From NCBI RefSeq assembly GCF_051307035.1, contig NZ_CP195536.1, forward strand, positions 510,001 to 542,000: DNA of 32,000 bases. The letters run 5' to 3'. Below the pieces are notes generated by a model that saw nothing but the letters and a program-made list of their open reading frames with translations, was not told the DNA's origin and did not search any database. The translations under genes and the position numbers were made by a program. This document shows, in pieces, positions 9,747 through 19,369 of this stretch. Position 1 is the first letter of the stretch. Every line of letters begins with the position of its first letter. Source of the stretch: Psychrobacter sp. DM4. Lineage in GTDB: Bacteria; Pseudomonadota; Gammaproteobacteria; Pseudomonadales; Moraxellaceae.

Positions 9747-12713
9747 TCAATGCGCTTCATCCCAATTATCACCGCTATCCGTTTCAACCAATAACGGCAC
9801 AGCAAAATCAACATTCCAGCCCATACCTTTTGCGGTATCTCTGAGTACATCCTGCATCGCAGTTTTGATAAGCGCGCTGATCTCATCGACCTTGTCGCTA
9901 TCGACTTCAAAGACCAGTTCATCATGGACTTGAAGCATCATTTTGGCGTGCTCTTTTGGCAGTACTTTATCGACCGCGATCATCGCAAGCTTAATCAAAT
10001 CAGCAGCTGAGCCTTGTAGCGGGGCATTAATGGCCGCGCGTTCGGCCCCTTGCTTAACCATCCGGTTAGGGTGATTGATATCAGGGGTGTAGAGTTTGCG
10101 CCCAAGTATCGTTTCGATATAACCACGTTCTACGGCGCTGGCACGCGTATCGACCATATACTGCTTGACGCTAGGGTAGCGATCAAAATACATATCGATG
10201 TAATCTTGCGCCTCGCCGCGGCTCATCTGTAGCTGTTTGGCCAATCCAAAGGCGCTCATGCCGTATAACAGACCAAAGTTGATGGCCTTTGCATTACGGC
10301 GTTCAGTGGCACTGACCTCATCAACCGCTTTGCCCAAAACTTCAGCAGCAGTGGCGGTATGAATATCGAGACCCTCATTAAAGGCGCGAGTTAAGTTCGC
10401 ATCACCTGAGAAATGCGCCATTAGACGCAGCTCAATTTGTGAATAATCCGCCGCCAAGATTACGCGGCCTTTTGGGGCGATAAAAGCTTGACGGATCAGG
10501 CGACCGGTTGCGGTACGAATAGGAATGTTCTGTAAGTTAGGATCCGTTGAGGACAAACGCCCCGTACTGGTCAGCGCTTGATGGTAGCTGGTATGCACGC
10601 GATCAGTCTCGCTATCGGCCACCGCATCGAGCGAGTCGGTATAAGTGCTTTTGAGCTTGGAGAGACCACGATACTCCAAGGTGATATCGACCAGTGGATG
10701 ATCAACTTTGGATAATATCGCCTCACCCGTAGAGTACTGTCCTGATTTGGTTTTTTTGCCGCCAGGGACACCAAGCTTTTCAAAGAGCATTTCACCAAGC
10801 TGTTTGGGTGACCCTAGATTAAATTCCTCGCCTGCGACCTCATACGCTTTTGCCTCAAGAGCGATGATCTCTTCATCAAAGCGCTTAGACAACTCATTTA
10901 AGAACGCACGCTCAATTAAGATACCGTGTGCTTCCATCTGACAGAGTATCTGCGCGACAGGGATCTCAAGCTCATTGAGCAAGCGGGTATTGTTTTCATC
11001 ATCTGTGAGCTTTTCGCTAAACAATGCAAACAACTGGTAAGTGATGTCTGCATCTTCGCAAGCGTAGTCACTGGCAATATCGATCGCCACTTGATCAAAG
11101 GTGACCTGCTTTGCGCCTTTGCCAGCGACGTCCTCATAGCTGATAGTTTGCGTATGTAGATAATGACGAGCTAAGTCGTCCATACCGTGACGGGTCGCCG
11201 CGGCGTTGATGACATAGCTTGCCAGCATGGTATCCATGGCCCAATTGCTAGGCGGCTTATGTATTGACCCTATCAAGTCTATATCGTAATGACTGAGAAT
11301 ATGGGCGTCATATTTTAAGTGCTGGCCTATTTTGCCGATACTAGGATTTTCTAATAGCGGCTTTAGTCTGGCGAGGACGGTATCACGGTCTAGTTGTTTG
11401 CCTAGTAACTCATCGCCCTCTAACTTATGAGTAAGGGGAACATAATAGGCTTCGTGGGCTTGTATCGCAAATGACAAGCCGACGATCTCAGCCTGATGCC
11501 AATGAACGCTAGTCGTCTCGGTATCAATGACGAAGTGCGCCGCGTTCTCTAATTGCGTCACTAAGCTCTCAAAGGCAGGCATATCGAGTACGGTATGCCA
11601 CGCTTTATCATGGTTTTTGCTGTCTTTAATATTGTCGATTTTGGTGGACTGAAGGGACTTGGCTACTTGTGCTTGTGATTCGCTATCGGCTTGGGCACTA
11701 GCAACGCTCTGGCTACCATTCGCTGGATGATTGGGATGATCAAGAGAGGCCAGCTCATTTTTGAATTCAAGCTCGCCATACAGTATCCGCAGCTCGTCAA
11801 TATGAGCGCAGGGGTCAGTATTTATCTTTAGATCCGTCCAGTCTTGACCGATGTCTAAGTCCGTAACGATGGTTGCCAGCTCAGCATTCATCGGAATATC
11901 TGCTGCGTGTTCAACGAGGTTCTTGCCTGCGCGACCTTTGATGTCAGCGACATTATCTAGCATAGTATCGATGTCACCATACTGGTTTAGCAGATCCTTT
12001 GCCGTCTTTTTGCCGATACCTGGTACGCCTTTGATACCATCAGAGGAGTCGCCCATCAAGGTCAAAAAGTCGATCATTTGATGCGGCTTAATCCCGAACT
12101 TTTCGACGACACCTGCGCTATCAGTGATTTTACCTGTAAAGCTGTCTTCTAATATCACACAGTCGTTGATCAGTTGCATCATATCTTTGTCACCGGTTGA
12201 GATGACGACATGATGACCTTCGGCGACGGCGCGATAGGCGAGTGTACCGATGATGTCATCAGCCTCTGCGCCTTCAATACGCAGTAGCGGAATCCCTAAA
12301 GCGGCGACTAAACGATGGATATAAGGTATTTGCTCTGCCAGCTCGATATCCATCTTTGGTCGATTGGCTTTGTATTCCTCCGACATCGCATGACGAAAGG
12401 TCGGTGATTTGGTATCGAAGCAGACGGCCATGTGAGTCGGATGGTAGCGGCGCATGAGCTTAAGTAGAGCATTCAAGGTGCCTCGTATCGCATTGGTCAT
12501 CAGCCCTTGTGTGTTTTCCATCGTTTTGGGCAGGGCGTGATAAGTGCGAAACAGATAGTATGAGCCATCGACCAAGATGAAAGGCGGCTGGTCTTTGTCC
12601 ACATGAGTGGTATCCATGATCGCAACTTTCGGCATGGTCTCAAAATTAGGTCGCACATCGGGATTGATTGGAGAGTGCGAGTTGTGCGAGTTGTCAGTCA
12701 TAGCATCAGTCAT
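9747..12713 (-). CDS. polA: DNA polymerase I
   Basis: 5'-nuclease domain. 3'-5' exonuclease domain (VIDTETTS...). Pol domain motifs A (DYSQIELR), B (RRNAKAINFGLLYGMS) and C (QVHDELVFE). The start is ambiguous: I chose the first ATG (12713), the track uses a GTG at 12722, and another ATG lies at 12701. Confidence 0.95.
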   Translation of the reverse strand: MTDAMTDNSHNSHSPINPDVRPNFETMPKVAIMDTTHVDKDQPPFILVDGSYYLFRTYHALPKTMENTQGLMTNAIRGTLNALLKLMRRYHPTHMAVCFDTKSPTFRHAMSEEYKANRPKMDIELAEQIPYIHRLVAALGIPLLRIEGAEADDIIGTLAYRAVAEGHHVVISTGDKDMMQLINDCVILEDSFTGKITDSAGVVEKFGIKPHQMIDFLTLMGDSSDGIKGVPGIGKKTAKDLLNQYGDIDTMLDNVADIKGRAGKNLVEHAADIPMNAELATIVTDLDIGQDWTDLKINTDPCAHIDELRILYGELEFKNELASLDHPNHPANGSQSVASAQADSESQAQVAKSLQSTKIDNIKDSKNHDKAWHTVLDMPAFESLVTQLENAAHFVIDTETTSVHWHQAEIVGLSFAIQAHEAYYVPLTHKLEGDELLGKQLDRDTVLARLKPLLENPSIGKIGQHLKYDAHILSHYDIDLIGSIHKPPSNWAMDTMLASYVINAAATRHGMDDLARHYLHTQTISYEDVAGKGAKQVTFDQVAIDIASDYACEDADITYQLFALFSEKLTDDENNTRLLNELEIPVAQILCQMEAHGILIERAFLNELSKRFDEEIIALEAKAYEVAGEEFNLGSPKQLGEMLFEKLGVPGGKKTKSGQYSTGEAILSKVDHPLVDITLEYRGLSKLKSTYTDSLDAVADSETDRVHTSYHQALTSTGRLSSTDPNLQNIPIRTATGRLIRQAFIAPKGRVILAADYSQIELRLMAHFSGDANLTRAFNEGLDIHTATAAEVLGKAVDEVSATERRNAKAINFGLLYGMSAFGLAKQLQMSRGEAQDYIDMYFDRYPSVKQYMVDTRASAVERGYIETILGRKLYTPDINHPNRMVKQGAERAAINAPLQGSAADLIKLAMIAVDKVLPKEHAKMMLQVHDELVFEVDSDKVDEISALIKTAMQDVLRDTAKGMGWNVDFAVPLLVETDSGDNWDEAH

Positions 12714-12840
12714 AAAGGCCACTTGTTATATGTAAAATAAAAAAGATGACCTATTATAACGATAAAATCAGCTAGTGCCGAATGGCTTAAGCGTTAATAA
12801 GTGTATGTAGTAATAGAGGTTAAACGTTTGCGCCAGACAT

Positions 12841-12869
12841 AAAAAAAGAACCCAGTGCTGACTGGGTTC
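12841..12869 (-). terminator. Rho-independent terminator of ohr
   Basis: 8-bp stem gaacccag (12848-12855) / ctgggttc (12862-12869). The A7 run at 12841-12847 becomes the U-tract on the minus-strand RNA. Confidence 0.7.
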
Positions 12870-12908
12870 TCATCTTGATTATACTGTTTTTACTCGACTA
12901 TAAAAGTC

Positions 12909-13322
12909 TTATTTCACTTCTGATGTCACTTCGATATCGATGTTGCCTTGCGTGGCTTTTGAATACGGGCAAACGGTATGCGCTTTTTCGACTAGCTTCT
13001 GGAACTCATCGCTTGAGACATCAGTACTATCAGCAATCACATGAATTTTGACTGCTAATTTGTAATCATGATCGCCACCTTGCAATAAGTGCACAGTAGT
13101 TTCAGTGGTTGAACCAAAGCTTACGCTTTCCATCTTTTTGACCACGCCCAAAGCGCTATCGAAACAAGCTGCATAGCCCATAGCGAGCAGTTGCTCAGGA
13201 TTATTACCTTCTTTGTTGCCACCAGGAGGTGCCATAGTTACTTTCAAATCGCTGTCATCAAGACTCGCTGAACCAGTGCGACCACCAGTAACGGTGGCTT
13301 TAGTAGAGTATAAAGTTTTCAT
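12909..13322 (-). CDS. ohr: Organic hydroperoxide resistance protein (Ohr/OsmC family)
   Basis: 137 aa. The two conserved catalytic Cys sit in the expected contexts (GYAACF and HTVCPYSKA). N-terminal YST.A...GGR.G is typical of Ohr. AAGGAT Shine-Dalgarno upstream. Confidence 0.88.
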   Translation of the reverse strand: MKTLYSTKATVTGGRTGSASLDDSDLKVTMAPPGGNKEGNNPEQLLAMGYAACFDSALGVVKKMESVSFGSTTETTVHLLQGGDHDYKLAVKIHVIADSTDVSSDEFQKLVEKAHTVCPYSKATQGNIDIEVTSEVK

Positions 13323-13720
13323 ATTTATCCTTAATTATTATTGATAAGTGTTATCACAAAATAACCTATTAAGAGTAGCAAAATATCAGAGTTACTTTAT
13401 ATAGTGGAAGTAAAACTATACTAAGGATTTGTAAGTGACTCTTATCTTCATAACCTTAAGTTACTTAGAGGATGATTTATTACAGCGACGTACTTTTCGT
13501 TCAATGACGAGCACTGAGTAAATGAGATAAAGTAAACGTAATCAACTAGACCGTTTTTTACCATGTTATCTTATATATTATAAGTTGGTATATTGTTGCA
13601 AAGGCTGCGCGCCTTTGTGCAAAAATAGCATCTCAGTCGTAAATCCGCTACAATACGCGCACCAAAATCCTTCCTATATTCTGTCACGTCTTACAGAAAT
13701 TTAACGATAAGCTATTCATT

Positions 13721-15343
13721 ATGAGCGCAGATACCAAATCATCAGCGACCAAGCTGACGCCGGCTAAGCTGGCTCGCGAAGTTGCCAAACGCCGCACTTT
13801 TGCTATTATTTCGCATCCCGATGCGGGTAAGACCACGATGACAGAAAAGCTACTGTTATGGGGTCAGGCTATTCAGGTTGTCGGTGAAGTCAAAGGCCGA
13901 AAAACGGACCGCCATGCCACCTCAGATTGGATGAGTATGGAGCAAGAGCGCGGTATCTCTATTACGACCTCAGTCATGCAGTTCCCATATCAAGATCACA
14001 TCGTCAATTTGCTCGATACCCCAGGTCACGCCGATTTCTCTGAAGATACCTATCGCACTTTGACCGCAGTCGACAGCGCACTGATGATGGTCGATGGTGC
14101 CAAAGGTGTCGAGGCGCGTACTATCAAGCTGATGGAGGTCTGCCGTATGCGCGATACGCCGATCATCTCTTTTGTTAATAAGCTGGATCGCCAGATTCGT
14201 GAGCCGCTGGATTTGCTTAGCGAGATTGAATCAGTTCTGAAGATTAAATGTATTCCCATTACTTGGCCTATTGGTATGGGTCAGGATTTTGTTGGGGTAT
14301 ACCATTTGACCGAAAACAAAACCTACTTTTATGAAAAAGGTCATGGCGGCGATATGACCGTCTCTGAAACTCGGGACGGTTATGATTATCCAGATATCCG
14401 TGAGCGCTTGGGTAAGCTTATGTTCGATGCGTTCGAGGAGTCGCTTGAGCTGGTACAAATGGCGCTGGAGGATTTCGATGTCGATGAGTTCTTAGCTGGT
14501 GAAATGACACCTGTATTATTCGGTACCGCCCTTGGTAATTTCGGTGTCAATATGGTACTCGATACGCTAGTCAAGTACTCGCCGCCACCAAAAGCGCATC
14601 CGACTGAGGAGCGTGAAGTCTCCGCGATAGAACCTGAGTTTAGTGGGTTTGTGTTCAAGATTCAGGCCAATATGGATCCGCGCCACCGTGACCGTATCGC
14701 CTTTATGCGAGTGTGCTCGGGCAAGTACGAAAAGGGTATGAAGATGAAGCATGTGCGTCTGGGTAAAGACGTACGTATCGCTGATGCGCTAACGTTTTTG
14801 GCAGGGGATCGCGAAGCGTTAGAAGAGGCCTATCCTGGAGATATCATCGGCCTTCACAACCACGGTACGATCTCCATCGGTGATAGCTTTACCGAAGGCG
14901 AGGCGCTTAACTTTACAGGGATTCCACATTTTGCTCCTGAATTGTTTCGCCGAGTGGTACTGCGTGACCCTCTCAAATCCAAAGCGTTACAAAAAGGCCT
15001 CCAGCAGCTGAGCGAGGAGGGTGCCACACAGGTCTTTATGCCGCAGATTAATAATGATCTGATCTTGGGTGCGGTCGGTGTGCTCCAGTTCGAAGTGGTC
15101 GCGCACCGTCTCAAGGAAGAATACAAAGTACAATGTACCTTTGAGCCCGTCTCTATCGCTACTGTGCGCTGGATTCACTGTGACGATGAGGTAGCACTCA
15201 CCAAGTTTAAACGCAAAGCTCACGATCAGCTCTCAATAGATGGCGGCGGCTATCTCACTTATTTAGCGCCATCGCGAGTCAATCTACAGTTGATGCAAGA
15301 GCGTTATCCAGAAGTCACTTTTAGTAATACGCGCGAGCACTAA
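13721..15343 (+). CDS. prfC: Peptide chain release factor 3
   Basis: 540 aa translational GTPase. G1 [10 protein letters not shown]3 DTPGH, G4 NKLD. The remainder follows the RF3 domain layout. Confidence 0.95.
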   Translation: MSADTKSSATKLTPAKLAREVAKRRTFAIISHPDAGKTTMTEKLLLWGQAIQVVGEVKGRKTDRHATSDWMSMEQERGISITTSVMQFPYQDHIVNLLDTPGHADFSEDTYRTLTAVDSALMMVDGAKGVEARTIKLMEVCRMRDTPIISFVNKLDRQIREPLDLLSEIESVLKIKCIPITWPIGMGQDFVGVYHLTENKTYFYEKGHGGDMTVSETRDGYDYPDIRERLGKLMFDAFEESLELVQMALEDFDVDEFLAGEMTPVLFGTALGNFGVNMVLDTLVKYSPPPKAHPTEEREVSAIEPEFSGFVFKIQANMDPRHRDRIAFMRVCSGKYEKGMKMKHVRLGKDVRIADALTFLAGDREALEEAYPGDIIGLHNHGTISIGDSFTEGEALNFTGIPHFAPELFRRVVLRDPLKSKALQKGLQQLSEEGATQVFMPQINNDLILGAVGVLQFEVVAHRLKEEYKVQCTFEPVSIATVRWIHCDDEVALTKFKRKAHDQLSIDGGGYLTYLAPSRVNLQLMQERYPEVTFSNTREH

Positions 15344-15367
15344 TAGTGAAGAGCTATCCATTATTAT

Positions 15368-15396
15368 AAAAAGGACACGTATATCGTGTCTTTTTT
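15368..15396 (+). terminator. Rho-independent terminator of prfC
   Basis: Stem gacacg (15374-15379) / cgtgtc (15385-15390), extendable by A-U and G-U pairs, followed by T6. Confidence 0.75.
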
Positions 15397-15523
15397 ATGG
15401 ATGAAAAGTTTTAACGACTGTTATTGCATACTTAATCCGCTCTAAAAAACATAAACAGTGTTTCAACACTAGAGGACAAGGGTTGCGGTAGAATAAAAGC
15501 AACTAACAAAAAGGAGTAGTGGA

Positions 15524-16786
15524 ATGACAAGTGATATGGATGATAACAATGCATCGAATACCAGCACAACCAACCCAGTAGTAAGGGGTAATATGAGCGT
15601 CAAAACTTGGCAATTAAATGCCTTAAGTGAAGCATTAGGAGATCTGACGTTAACGATCACTGATAGCTTGTCCATTGGTCGTGGTAGCGATAATGATGTG
15701 GTGCTTGGAAGTAAAGAGGTCTCGCGCAATCATGCTGTGCTCAGTGTCGCAAACGATCAGCTATATATTAAAGATTTGGACTCATCAAACGGCACCTTTA
15801 TCAATGACGAGCGTATAGCAGGGAATCAATCAAAAGATTTAAAGAGCGCCGATATTGTCGGGTTTGCTAGTTTTAGTTTTCAGGTGTTGGCAGTTGCTGA
15901 TACGGCAAAAGAGATGCTTGCGACAGACGAAGATAGCATGAGTCCCGATGCAAGTACTACCGCAGAAGCCATTAGTTTAGCGACTGGCGCTGCTGCGACA
16001 AAATCTACGATATCCACAGGTTATAAGAGCAAAGCGCCCGATGGTACTATTAATATTAATGACGTCGTTGATAGCAATACTGCTAATAATGTTGCTAATA
16101 TTAGTAATACCGCGACCAATACTGATACGAAGCTTCCTAGATCTAATGAGCCGGTAGTCAAACAAACCATGATCTCAGAAGTACTAGCAACCAGTGATGA
16201 TACGCAGCCAGTATCGAACAGTGTAACGCCTTTAAGTACTCAAACGGATAGTGACGAGCCTATCGTCAAAGATACGATCATTGCTGAGGTACTAGCAGCT
16301 GCAGACCGTAACGATTTAAACAGTACTGATGCGCTAGTAGGTCAAGATTCATCAGCGCTAGATGCAACATCATCCCAGATACCTACAAGTAATGCCCCCA
16401 CACATGAGGAGACAGTGATGTCAACCGAGCCATCAACAGATACCGTCAATAGTACAACTGCTAGTGAGCACGCAACCAAGCGCGCTCCTTATCACGATGA
16501 TACGGTAACTCCTGAGCACGATAAGACGACGACAACTGCATTACAAGAAGAAGCCGACCCAGAAGTGCTGCGTGCCAAGCAAGCGGCAACGGCTCAGTTT
16601 TCAGGAACTGCTAATCTAGGCGGGTCTCGTGATTTAGGTACTACGGGCAATAATGCTATGAATCAATCGATCAATAGTGCTGCTCACACTGACAAAAAGC
16701 CAAGCGGTGGCTGGTTCATTTGGGTATTTGTCATTATTCTGATTATCGGTATTGCATTATGGCTATTTAATATGGGCGGCGCGTAA
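15524..16786 (+). CDS. FHA-domain protein with a long low-complexity linker and a C-terminal transmembrane tail anchor
   Basis: 420 aa. AAGGAG Shine-Dalgarno 7 nt upstream. The FHA signature lies at roughly aa 45-120 (SIGRGSDNDVVLGSKEVSRNHAVL...DLDSSNGTFIND). Roughly aa 125-390 are rich in S/T/N/D/A. The only hydrophobic segment is at the extreme C-terminus (WFIWVFVIILIIGIALWLF), preceded by KK. Confidence 0.8.
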   Translation: MTSDMDDNNASNTSTTNPVVRGNMSVKTWQLNALSEALGDLTLTITDSLSIGRGSDNDVVLGSKEVSRNHAVLSVANDQLYIKDLDSSNGTFINDERIAGNQSKDLKSADIVGFASFSFQVLAVADTAKEMLATDEDSMSPDASTTAEAISLATGAAATKSTISTGYKSKAPDGTININDVVDSNTANNVANISNTATNTDTKLPRSNEPVVKQTMISEVLATSDDTQPVSNSVTPLSTQTDSDEPIVKDTIIAEVLAAADRNDLNSTDALVGQDSSALDATSSQIPTSNAPTHEETVMSTEPSTDTVNSTTASEHATKRAPYHDDTVTPEHDKTTTTALQEEADPEVLRAKQAATAQFSGTANLGGSRDLGTTGNNAMNQSINSAAHTDKKPSGGWFIWVFVIILIIGIALWLFNMGGA

Positions 16787-16868
16787 TTCATCTAAGGATT
16801 GTTTTGAATATATTTAAATGACCTTGCCCTAAAAGATACTCCAAGATAGTACCGTTTCAAATGACTAG

Positions 16869-16913
16869 GCTGCTAGAGGGTTACTATGATTAACCCTCTA
16901 GCAGCTTATTTTT
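16869..16913 (+). terminator. Strong rho-independent terminator after the FHA-protein gene
   Basis: Perfect 15-bp stem gctgctagagggtta (16869-16883) / taaccctctagcagc (16891-16905), followed by ttattttta. Confidence 0.75.
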
Positions 16914-17044
16914 ATGGGTGATTATCTACCGTACTGCTTAACGCCAAACATTTTGGCTTGAGCATTAATAATGCCAGTTAGTTTTGTTATACTGGTTCGC
17001 TACTATTGATGATTTGCCACCGCCCTGCTCAGAGACCCTTTACT

Positions 17045-18541
17045 ATGATGAATTTTGAAGAATATAACGCTTTTAAAGCGCAAGGATTTAGTCATGCGCC
17101 GCTTATAAAAAAGCGTTTGATGGACGCGCAGACACCCGTTTCTGTATTCTCCAAAGTACGTGATTTGAGTGGGTCGGCTTATTTATTTGAGTCAGTAGTA
17201 GGCGGCGAGCGCTGGGCACGTTATTCGATGATCGGCTTGGGTAGTGATTTGCTATTGCAATATGCAAATGGCGAGATGACCGTCAAACAAGACGGTCAAA
17301 TTACGGTCGATACCGTACCTGATCCCTTTGATTATATTCGTAAGCTGATGGCTCAATACAAGATGCCAACTGTAGAAGATATATCTACGTTACCGAGCTT
17401 TAGTGGCGGGTTAATAGGCTATTTTGGCTACGATATGGTACGCGTCATTGAGCCGAGCGTCGGTCAGTCTAATGCGCCAAATCCGATGACCTTGCCTGAC
17501 ATGTGGCTCATGCTATCGATGAGTGTGGTCGTGTTTGATAATTTGGAGAATACCCTATCTATCATCGTTTATGCCAATTGCAAAAGTGACGACGGTTATA
17601 GTGCGGCGATTCGTGAGCTTGAAAAGATTGAGGAAAAGCTGGAGGAGATGCCAGACTTGAACGCGCCTATTATGCCAACGCCTAAGTTTGAATCGCAAAC
17701 GGGCGAAGAAAAATACTGTAGCGACGTCAATAAAATTAAGGATTACATCTTTGCAGGTGACGTCATGCAAGTGGTGCCCGCGCAGCGTTTGACGGCTGAC
17801 TATACGGGTGACTCACTAGCCGTCTACCGTGCACTCAGGTTTTTGAACCCGTCCCCTTACCTATTTTTGGTTCATGGTTATACTTTAGATGATCACAAGC
17901 GCTTTGATATCATTGGTGCCTCTCCTGAGATACTATCGCGTATCGAGAATGGTCAAGTGACAGTACGCCCATTAGCAGGTACCCGCAAGCGTGGACGCGA
18001 TGAGGCCGAGGATTTAGCATTAGAGCGTGAGCTATTATCAGACACCAAAGAGATTGCCGAGCATCTCATGCTAATAGACTTGGGACGCAATGATATCGGC
18101 CGCGTTTGCGAGTATGGTAGCGTCAAAGTCACCGAAAAGATGTTCATTGAGCGCTACTCACAAGTCATGCACATCGCCTCTAATGTCGAAGGTACCGTAT
18201 TGCCTGGCAAAGACGCCCTTGATGTCTTCTGTGCGACTTTTCCAGCAGGTACGTTATCTGGAGCGCCCAAAATACGGGCGATGCAAATCATTGATGAAGT
18301 CGAGCCAGTACGTCGAACCGTATTTGGCGGCTCAGTTGGATACTTGGGCTGGCATGGCAATATGGATACGGCTATTGCTATCCGTACTGCGGTTATGCGC
18401 CGCGGCAAAATCCATATTCAGGCAGGGGCAGGGGTTGTTGCCGATTCCGTACCAGAAGCAGAATGGGATGAGACCAACAAAAAAGCCTTGGCACTGGTCA
18501 AAGCGGTAAAAATGGCTTGCGATGGATTACGCATTCAGTAA
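17045..18541 (+). CDS. trpE: Anthranilate synthase component I
   Basis: Conserved TrpE blocks LFESV, NPSPYLF, PAGTLSGAPK and GGSVGY. Start moved to the ATG at 17045, because homologues as I recall them begin near MNFEEY...; the track start at 17006 is a TTG. No trpG follows. Confidence 0.93.
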   Translation: MMNFEEYNAFKAQGFSHAPLIKKRLMDAQTPVSVFSKVRDLSGSAYLFESVVGGERWARYSMIGLGSDLLLQYANGEMTVKQDGQITVDTVPDPFDYIRKLMAQYKMPTVEDISTLPSFSGGLIGYFGYDMVRVIEPSVGQSNAPNPMTLPDMWLMLSMSVVVFDNLENTLSIIVYANCKSDDGYSAAIRELEKIEEKLEEMPDLNAPIMPTPKFESQTGEEKYCSDVNKIKDYIFAGDVMQVVPAQRLTADYTGDSLAVYRALRFLNPSPYLFLVHGYTLDDHKRFDIIGASPEILSRIENGQVTVRPLAGTRKRGRDEAEDLALERELLSDTKEIAEHLMLIDLGRNDIGRVCEYGSVKVTEKMFIERYSQVMHIASNVEGTVLPGKDALDVFCATFPAGTLSGAPKIRAMQIIDEVEPVRRTVFGGSVGYLGWHGNMDTAIAIRTAVMRRGKIHIQAGAGVVADSVPEAEWDETNKKALALVKAVKMACDGLRIQ

Positions 18542-18674
18542 AGGTTTATCGAGTTAAGAGCTCTGATGTATTCTACGGTGTTCTGCAAGCGTTATTTTTG
18601 GTCTTAAAAAATCATAATATAATCAACTAAGTAAAATTATTTATAAAAAAACTGTCTAAAAGTGGAAATAGGGC

Positions 18675-18702
18675 TTGTATTCTAGGATATATTTGATAGA
18701 AT
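18675..18702 (+). promoter_or_regulatory. Putative sigma70 promoter of the tRNA-tuf operon
   Basis: TTGTAT (18675-18680), 16-nt spacer, TAGAAT (18697-18702). A GC-rich discriminator (actcccc) follows and an A/T-rich UP-like tract precedes. The first tRNA starts at 18725. Confidence 0.45.
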
Positions 18703-18724
18703 ACTCCCCACTTTGAAGGAACAA

Positions 18725-18800
18725 GCCGACTTAGCTCAGTTGGTAGAGCAACGCACTTGTAATGCGTAGGTCGCCAGTTCGATCCCGGCAGTCGGCACCA
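18725..18800 (+). tRNA. thrU: tRNA-Thr (anticodon UGU)
   Basis: 76 nt with encoded CCA. Acceptor gccgact/agtcggc. Anticodon stem acgca/tgcgt with loop cttgtaa. T-loop ttcgatc. As I recall it, E. coli thrU has the same A-C mismatch in the T-stem. Confidence 0.93.
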
Positions 18801-18888
18801 TTTTTCAAAGTCGTTTTAAAGCATTTTAAATAATGCAGCTTTTTATGAATTTACTTTTTTAAAGTTATTTTTGTTTAAAGCAACCTAA

Positions 18889-18972
18889 GGTGGGGTTGGG
18901 GAGCGGTCAAACCCAACAGACTGTAAATCTGTCGCGAAAGCTTCGAAGGTTCGAATCCTTCCCCCACCACCA
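18889..18972 (+). tRNA. tyrU: tRNA-Tyr (anticodon GUA), long variable arm
   Basis: 84 nt with CCA. Acceptor ggtgggg/ccccacc. Anticodon loop actgtaaat region with GTA. Long extra arm. T-loop ttcgaat. Confidence 0.93.
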
Positions 18973-19090
18973 TATTTTTATGCTTATCGCATAAGTTTTA
19001 TCGCAACAGCGCCAAGCATACTCTATAGAAAAACCTTTCTTTACACTGATATCAGTTGTTAGTTGAAAGGCACCTTGAATAAGAGCTATT

Positions 19091-19164
19091 GCGGGTGTGG
19101 TATAATGGTAACACCTTAGCCTTCCAAGCTAATGACGCGGGTTCGATTCCCGCCACCCGCTCCA
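19091..19164 (+). tRNA. glyT: tRNA-Gly (anticodon UCC)
   Basis: 74 nt with CCA. Acceptor gcgggtg/cacccgc. Anticodon loop cttccaa. T-loop ttcgatt. Confidence 0.93.
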
Positions 19165-19294
19165 TATACATGGCATTGACCGCAGCTTACCATAGAATTA
19201 TTCATCACGATAATCAGTTATTATGTTTAGCTGTTTCGTGATATTTTTTTAAGTAGCATTTGCAGGTTACCTTTATGTTAGTTATTTAAAACAT

Positions 19295-19369
<75 letters not shown>

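Noticed and set aside
16787-17044. A possible trp-type transcription attenuator upstream of trpE. A strong hairpin with a T-tract lies at 16869-16913, and small ORFs lie at 16861-16893 and about 16914-16961.
   Set aside because: Neither mini-ORF contains any Trp codon, let alone tandem ones, and I found no alternative antiterminator pairing. The hairpin is explained as the terminator of the upstream FHA-protein gene.
3681-18433. KOPS-like GGGCAGGG octamers on the plus strand (3681-3688 and 18426-18433) as indicators of replichore orientation.
   Set aside because: Two hits in 32 kb cannot establish skew, and the KOPS motif of this lineage is not known to me.
18090-18509. Long alternative-frame or antisense ORFs inside well-supported genes. 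Examples: 18090-18509 (+) in trpE, 27419-27763 (+) in ftsK, 31014-31391 (-) opposite the DUF2147 gene, 8664-9044 (+) opposite the SDR gene, 776-1108 (-) opposite serA, and 25578-25961 (-) opposite the ftsK linker.
   Set aside because: Each overlaps a gene with strong conserved motifs in another frame. Their translations are low-complexity or Ser/Arg/Pro-rich shadow sequence with no motifs and no Shine-Dalgarno. They are typical shadow ORFs.
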